A stretch of 60,947 nucleotides of DNA, filler included, from Nemertoderma westbladi (lineage: Eukaryota > Animalia > Xenacoelomorpha), in assembly GCA_032718475.1 (NCBI GenBank). It is 3 parts of 3 records of this genome, joined end to end, with 100 filler letters (N's around TTAATTAATTAA, not from the genome) between each part and the next. Parts side by side here need not be neighbours in the genome. Positions count along the whole stretch, not along the records: positions 39,164 to 60,947 come from JAUCBJ010008497.1; 2 more parts are not named here. One strand, written 5' to 3'. This document shows, piece after piece, positions 54,717 to 60,947 of the stretch (positions are counted from its first letter, which is position 1; every line of letters starts with the position of its first letter). A program made the translations under genes and the position numbers. The notes beneath the pieces were generated by a model. That model was not told the DNA's origin. It did no database searches and saw only the letters and a program-made list of their open reading frames with translations.

Positions 54717-57293
54717 ATGGCTAAAACAACTGAGGACAATATGTACGTTTCATTTAAAAAACGTCTGATTTCTGAAATGTCAACTGAGCCGTTACGACGG
54801 TTACAACAATTCGGCGAACGACAATTACAAATGCTCAGTGAGCATTACGCCAATCTAATGTCTGTAGAAGAGTCTTACGAGAAACAATTGGTTAACGAAA
54901 CCCTGTTAACTTTACCGAAGACACCGGGGCACAAGAGAGCGAGGGCCGCGCGTAGGGCCGCTAACAAGCGAAGATCAAGTTTTTATTCTTGGAAGTCTTC
55001 TGTGGTCACCCGAAACGCCATCAAAAGGAGCATCACCTTAGCTAAAAGACGAATAAGTTCACTGGAGAACATACATATCTCCGTGGCTACTCCGCCCACT
55101 TTGGTGGCAGATGATGCAGATTGCCAGACATCGGACAATGAACCCCGGAATTACAATCCAAAACCGACTCAGGGTAAACCCCGTCTCGACTCGCTGCTCT
55201 TGAGTTCAGAAGATGAGATGGAAATGGCAAAACAGCCGAGACTATCCGTGAATATCTCCGCATCGGATAAGCGGGAAGCTGAAACCTACTGTCGGGCCCC
55301 CCTAGTTGCTATTGACAACGTTGATGCGACTCAGTCGTTGCTATGCGACCCCCAACCTGGCTGTTCCTCTACCCCGACTTCCATCGAGATTCGCACCATT
55401 ACCCCCATCACCCCCGAGTTGACGTTTATCGATCTCTCGACTGCCTTCAGAGAAATGCCCCCCGCTAAGGCTCAACTCACCCCCTCGGTTGCTAAGGGAG
55501 GTAAAGGGGTCGGCATGGCGACGACATTCTCCCAACCCGCTGATAAGTTTTACGATAAAGTTAAACATATTGACCTTGAATTGGAATCGGCAAGTCCTGG
55601 GCATCAGAGACAGAATATATCTAGGGCGATGCGTCCACGGATAGTGAAACCTATTCGTGCTGGTCAAGGAACACCGATTAAAAACAGACTCCGCTCCTCG
55701 AGAGACTTTGCCGCTCCCAAACGGCCGTCGTCTGGGTCGGTCCCGGGCCCATCCACCCCCGTATCGGTCCGGAAGATGAGAGAAAAATACGAGATGATCG
55801 CCAAGGAGCAGCAGCTTAAGGAGAGCAAGGAGAAGGAAGCGCGATATCTGGAAAAGAAGCAGGAATTATTAAGGAAGAGCGTGGAAGAGCGGAAGCAACG
55901 TAGGGAGGAGCGGCATCGTAAGGCGGCGGAATTACGTCAGCGTCAGCAGGAGTGCGATGTGCGTAAGCGACTGGAGCGGGAGAATTCCCTGAACCGAGCG
56001 GAAGCCAATCGGAGTCGCGCGGTCAAAGAGTCAACGTCGAATTCCTCGCGACCGGAGGACTGGAGGAATAAACACAGACACCAGACGGAGGAAGTGGGGC
56101 GGGGTCGAGAGGCGGAATCGAGGAAGAAGGTGCAGGAGATGTACAGTAAAAACGAGTTCCAGAAAGTAAGGGAGCAAGCGGCAGGGTTGAGGCTGAGGGA
56201 GAGGCAGAGAGAGGCAGTTGAACTGGAGGCTGAGGCAAGGAAGAGACAGAGAGAAGAGCGAGAGAGGAAGAAAGAAGAGGAAAGGAAGAGACAGAGGGAG
56301 GAGCGAGAGAGGAAGAAAGAAGAGGAAAGGAAGGGACAGAAGGAGGAGCGAGAGAGACGCCAGGAAGAGGAAAGGAAGAGACAGAGGGAAGAGCGGGATA
56401 ATGGCCAGGAAGTGGAAAGGAAGAGACTAAAAGGGGAGCGAGAGAGGAAGATTAAAGAACAGCATGATAAGAAGATAATGAGTGATAAGCTGCTGCAGGA
56501 GGCGAGGAAGAGAAAGTTGGAGATGGAAGAGCGAAACAAAACAGAAGATGAAAGGGAGAAATGTAATCAGAAGCAAGAATTGAAGAAAAAGGAAGAAGAA
56601 CAGGAAAGAGAAAATGAACAGTGTTACAAGGTAATTGTTGAGAAGTTCAGAAAAGACCAATCAGCCGGTGTGTTCGGGACCGATCTACTCGCGAAAAGTA
56701 TATCAGGAGCCAGTGTGTCCGGAACCGGTACATCCGGGTCCAGTGTGTCCGGGACCGGTACATCCGGGTCCAGTGTGTCCGGGACCGGTACATCCGGGTC
56801 CAGTGTGTCCGGGACCGGTACATCCGTGCACTATTCCTCGGGACCTGATCTGGTGCGTCCGGCACCGCAGTTTGCTACACCGCAGCGTGCCGCCCCGACC
56901 AAGCAATCCGGACGCCCGCGTTCCCTCGTCTCCCACGCAGCGCCCCTTCGTCCGACCTGTCCATGGTACACCGTAAGGGACCGCTACACCCACTACAGTC
57001 TGGATGACCGGGTCTCTGACGACGATACAGACGACGAGGACCAGCCCAGGCATCAGGTTCCCCGATGGGCGTCCGACGCATCCGTCTTCAGTAGCGGGTA
57101 TCGCTACCAGAATCTGGTCGTACCTAACTTAGGTTTCGACGACAGGAAATTGTTCCTTCCTGTGGCCCAACCGGATTTGACGAAGATATTCGATCGGGTG
57201 AAGAAACGCATGTTGATCCGTACCAGCAGCGCGCTTTGGGACACGCCGCTCGTCAACCAATCTTTCCTCCAACGTAACGCTTCGCAAGATTAA
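54717..57293 (+). CDS. INCENP: Inner centromere protein homolog (chromosomal passenger complex scaffold), intronless, 858 aa
   Basis: N-terminal helix followed by LPKTP; S/T-P-rich disordered middle; long E/R/K single-alpha-helix region; C-terminal IN-box YSLDD..SDDDTDDEDQPR..VPRWA...PDLTKIF...RTSSALWDTP, matching the Aurora B-binding consensus (SDDSTDDE..PRK.IP.WA...RTSSA.W..P). Confidence 0.92.
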   Translation: MAKTTEDNMYVSFKKRLISEMSTEPLRRLQQFGERQLQMLSEHYANLMSVEESYEKQLVNETLLTLPKTPGHKRARAARRAANKRRSSFYSWKSSVVTRNAIKRSITLAKRRISSLENIHISVATPPTLVADDADCQTSDNEPRNYNPKPTQGKPRLDSLLLSSEDEMEMAKQPRLSVNISASDKREAETYCRAPLVAIDNVDATQSLLCDPQPGCSSTPTSIEIRTITPITPELTFIDLSTAFREMPPAKAQLTPSVAKGGKGVGMATTFSQPADKFYDKVKHIDLELESASPGHQRQNISRAMRPRIVKPIRAGQGTPIKNRLRSSRDFAAPKRPSSGSVPGPSTPVSVRKMREKYEMIAKEQQLKESKEKEARYLEKKQELLRKSVEERKQRREERHRKAAELRQRQQECDVRKRLERENSLNRAEANRSRAVKESTSNSSRPEDWRNKHRHQTEEVGRGREAESRKKVQEMYSKNEFQKVREQAAGLRLRERQREAVELEAEARKRQREERERKKEEERKRQREERERKKEEERKGQKEERERRQEEERKRQREERDNGQEVERKRLKGERERKIKEQHDKKIMSDKLLQEARKRKLEMEERNKTEDEREKCNQKQELKKKEEEQERENEQCYKVIVEKFRKDQSAGVFGTDLLAKSISGASVSGTGTSGSSVSGTGTSGSSVSGTGTSGSSVSGTGTSVHYSSGPDLVRPAPQFATPQRAAPTKQSGRPRSLVSHAAPLRPTCPWYTVRDRYTHYSLDDRVSDDDTDDEDQPRHQVPRWASDASVFSSGYRYQNLVVPNLGFDDRKLFLPVAQPDLTKIFDRVKKRMLIRTSSALWDTPLVNQSFLQRNASQD
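56710..56826 (+). repeat. 30-bp coding repeat x4 (SVSGTGTSGS) in INCENP
   Basis: CCAGTGTGTCCGGGACCGGTACATCCGGGT, near-perfect. Confidence 0.95.
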
Positions 57294-59520
57294 CGATAAG
57301 GGAAACTTTTGTAATTCAGAGTTTTCTTCCCTGGCGGTTATTGCTTCAACACAACTACTTATTGTCCATCGCTCCGCTCAATCTTAAGAATTTTACTATA
57401 AAGTCGCGCCGTTGATAATTACAGGGATTCTTATTTCTAAGCGGCGCGGCGCGGCGGGACTAATATTAATCATTGTTATTATTTCGAAGTATTACTTTTG
57501 TTTTTTTTATGTTAAATCATTTTATTATTTTAGTCTCAGTTTGCTTCCCCGTCTATCACAACGGGCGCCATTCATACCTATTCATTCAGCGGGAAATCGA
57601 CTCAAATAACAGCTGATAAGAGTTGTGAGATTGATTTGCGATTATTGTTTTGGTTCTTTAACTTAAGGGGGGGGGGGGTGCTACTCCTTTGTTATGCTTT
57701 ATTTTCAGAAGTTTTTTTTGGAATCAACATGGCCGTGGCCGATTACGTGAAAACTTTTAAGGAAAATACCGCTATTTTTCAAAATATTTTTCAAAAAAAG
57801 CACTGTTATTTTTCGTAAAAAAATGTGATAACAGTTTAACAATTTATTGCAAAACTCAAAAAAAACTGCTCTAATTTTATTATTGCGCACACTAGTAGCT
57901 TTCATTTGATACCAAAAACTTACAAATTAGTTTATAAACGGCGGAGGACTGGTGTTTTGAAAATTTAAAAATACCATTCCGAGATAATTGCCTTTAAAGT
58001 TGAACCTTCCCGCGCAAAAACTGTCTGTTAATATGTGTGAATGTCTGTATAGCAACACGAAAACACAAAACCATGCTCAGATTTTTGCTTTGGGGGTTTT
58101 CCTGGACGCTGATTTTATTTCTGAGGTCATATTTAACTTTTAATGAAATCTGGTTTGTCTGTCTGTCCTTTTTTCTGACTATCCGACAATCAGTCCGTCA
58201 AATATAAGAAAAGGGCACACCGTTAGCTAAAAGTTTAGTTTAGGGGTTTTCTGGGTCGCAGAATTCATTTTGAGTATCAGATTTAACATTTGATGACTTC
58301 CAAATTATCTGTTTGGCTGTCAGGCTGTCGGTTATAATTTGACGGACAGACTGGCAGAAAGAAACGACGAGGCCAAATTTGATTACTGACATCAGAAATG
58401 AAGTCACCGACCACGAAAACCCATAACGGAAATTTTTTAGACAGATGGTATGTTTTCTATTGTTTTGGAGTCATACTGACGGACAGACAGACATAATTAT
58501 CTCGAGAAGTAAGACAGATCTTGCTAAACGGTTTATAGATTTGGAATCTTAATAAAATCTGCTCTAGATGAAATAGAAAAAAAAAAAAAATTTGAAAGCC
58601 AGTATCCCCCCCCCCCCCCCCCCCCGTCTCAAGATGTCACTCACTATTTTTTACTTGTAAGGTGCCTGGCTACTAGTTACTGTTAATCTCGTTTATATTT
58701 CTCATTATTAGCCCCTATATATTTTTAATAAGTATGCAATCGCCTCATGCAATAATTGTAGATTAATTGAATTACATATTATCTGTCATTGTCAGAGTTT
58801 ATTATACTAATATTACATTATTTTAGTAACACAAAGTTCGATGGTGTCAAATCTCCCTTCTCAACTAACTAGTTACCACACATTAACGATAAGGGAAACT
58901 TTTGTAATTCAGAGTTTTCTTCCCTGGCGGTTATTGCTTCAACACAACTACTTATTGTCCATCGCTCCGCTCAATCTTAAGAATTTTACTATAAAGTCGC
59001 GCCGTTGATAATTATAGGGATTCTTATTTCTAAGCGGCGCGGCGCGGCGGGACTAATATTAATCATTGTTATTATTTCGAATTATTACTTTTTGTTTTTT
59101 ATGTTAAATCATTTTATTATTTTAGTCTCAGTTTGCTTCCCCGTCTATCACAACGGGCGCCATTCATATCTATTCATTCAGCGGAAATCGACTCAAATAA
59201 CAGCTGATAAGAGTTGTGAGATTGATTTGCGATTATTGTTTTGGTTCTTTAACTTACTAATTAACATTGTTAATTCAACGAGACGGGATATTTATGTACC
59301 GATTTGGGATTTGCGTCCATTTCCCCATCCCCTGACTCAATGTCACTCACTATTTTGTACTTGTAAGGTGCCTGGCTACTAGTTACTGTTAATCTCTTTT
59401 ATATTTCTCATATTAGCCCCTTATACTTTAGATATTTTGAATGCAGTTCTTATAAGCTGGTTATTAATTATTCAAAAAGTATGTAATCACATCTTGCAAT
59501 AATCTGTATATTAATTATTA
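57289..59520. repeat. Tandem duplication (copy 1 57289-58881 with insertion; copy 2 58882-~59520)
   Basis: 57289-57665 is nearly identical to 58882-59256; 58634-58715 matches 59340-59420. Confidence 0.9.
57666..58625. mobile_element. Kolobok-like MITE inserted in duplication copy 1
   Basis: TTAA then poly-G..TGCT on the left; AGTATC-poly-C on the right; absent from copy 2; the right TTAA and ~85 bp of flank are missing. Confidence 0.5.
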
Positions 59521-60947
59521 TTGGCACTTATTTTTCCATCACTAAAAAAATCATTTTTTCACTAAATTTAATGAAATAATCACTATTTTAAATCTTTTTC
59601 ACTACACTTAATCTAATCACTTATCACTAAAGTTAAATAATTTTAACCAATAAAATATGTACCGGTACTTCGAATCCCATGCCAATAAGAAAATAGTGGA
59701 AGAATGATTAAATCTAGTGCAAGAGATTTAGTTAAAAAAAGGACTCGTGTGGTTGATTTACATGAGTTTTTAGCATGAGCGAAGCGAGTGTTAAAATGCC
59801 AACGAGCGGAAAACTCAATACACGAGGGCAGAATAACTGATTTTGCTAAAGAAAATGACTGGAAAATAGTGTTTTCTGTTACGTTTTTATATCGAATATA
59901 TTTTTTATTTGAAAAAAATTACATTATTAATTGTGTTAATTAGCAAGTTGTAAGACTTGATTACTGTAAGTTGAAAAAAACAGCTACAGACTACCGCAGT
60001 ACCTACTGACCTAAAGCAAAAACGGCACTAACGGTTTTGGTGAAATTTTGCATGAACCATGAAAATAGATTTCTATGGGTAGGCTTACTTGTGAAATCCC
60101 GGTTAAATTGAAACATCTAAACTTGTTCTATTTCTAAAAATAACCCCATAACGCGAAAATTGCCTTAGTTGGCATAGACTCAATGATAGAATCACCAGCT
60201 CCCCTGAAAAAAATGATAAAGAGGGCCTAGTAATGCATGTTATTGAATGGATAGGCCCAAACTGCAGAGAAGTATATTACTAGCCAAGTTTAGTAAGGTT
60301 GTGTTTACTCAGTCACTATATCCCAGACAGTAAGCAAACATCAACTGTTAGTTTGTAATGTATAATTATATGATGTTAGACAACCACGACATAGTTGCAA
60401 TCGTTGTGTTTGAGTGTTTCCTTAGCCCAGCGGGCTGGTTCTCATATTCGATCCTGCATATCAGCATAAAAAAAATGAATGATTTTATTACCAAATCTGA
60501 AATGACGTCAACTTTATAAAGCGTAAGACTGCATTTAATACACAGTAAAGAACGTCTACTCACCACAGCGTTACGATAATATAACTGCTATTTATTACGT
60601 TTAACTTAACAGTGATTTGCTGAGATTTGAGATGCTTGATACATAGATTGCATTGATTTTACTTTTTTTCCCGGCGAAAAGGTAAAGTAAAATTTTGGTG
60701 GAATTTCTTCAATTTTATTACAGAAGATCCCACTGACGACGAACCTCCAAGGAAGACACTGACCATCTAACCCAATCCATCAAGAACTTGATTCCAACCA
60801 AACAATTGGTAATAAAACGCAACAAAAGACACCAAGAATGCCTTCAGTGAAACGGGAAATAAAAACTTCCAAATTGGTCAATGTAAAGACAAACTCCAGC
60901 AACTCCTTCAGATAAATTGCCATGTGTAGCGACTTTATATGGCCTTA

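Noticed and set aside
55943-56539. Antisense Ser/Leu/Phe-rich ORF in INCENP
   Set aside because: Shadow of the purine-rich SAH coding strand.
60720-60947. Possible exon after a polypyrimidine-AG acceptor
   Set aside because: An early stop in the obvious frame, no recognisable domain, and truncated by the window end.

Overview
AT-rich, transposon-saturated eukaryotic (probably invertebrate animal) DNA in three segments joined by two artificial 100-nt spacers (44 N + TTAATTAATTAA + 44 N), so synteny across 15023-15122 and 39064-39163 cannot be trusted. The only clear host-type gene is an intronless 858-aa INCENP homolog (54717-57293) with an SAH domain and IN-box, preceded by nested fold-back elements and followed by a tandem duplication that starts at its stop codon. 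The rest is nested mobile DNA: a degenerate BEL/Pao LTR retrotransposon with two accessory 3' ORFs (one with zinc knuckles); a full-length two-ORF LINE with a ~30-bp TSD; an IS3EU-like transposase broken by a 5-bp duplication; several RTE and other LINE relics; a pogo-like fragment; three copies of a piggyBac-type MITE; hAT-, Harbinger-, Kolobok- and MULE-like MITEs; and 15-, 18- and 61-bp minisatellites. The best candidate for an undescribed system is the BEL/Pao element. It combines an accessory zinc-knuckle module, a near-palindromic 21-nt motif repeated five times along the element, a relic PPT with a hairpin, and a tRNA-like segment in the putative LTR. Family names come from motif recognition only; no database search was run.
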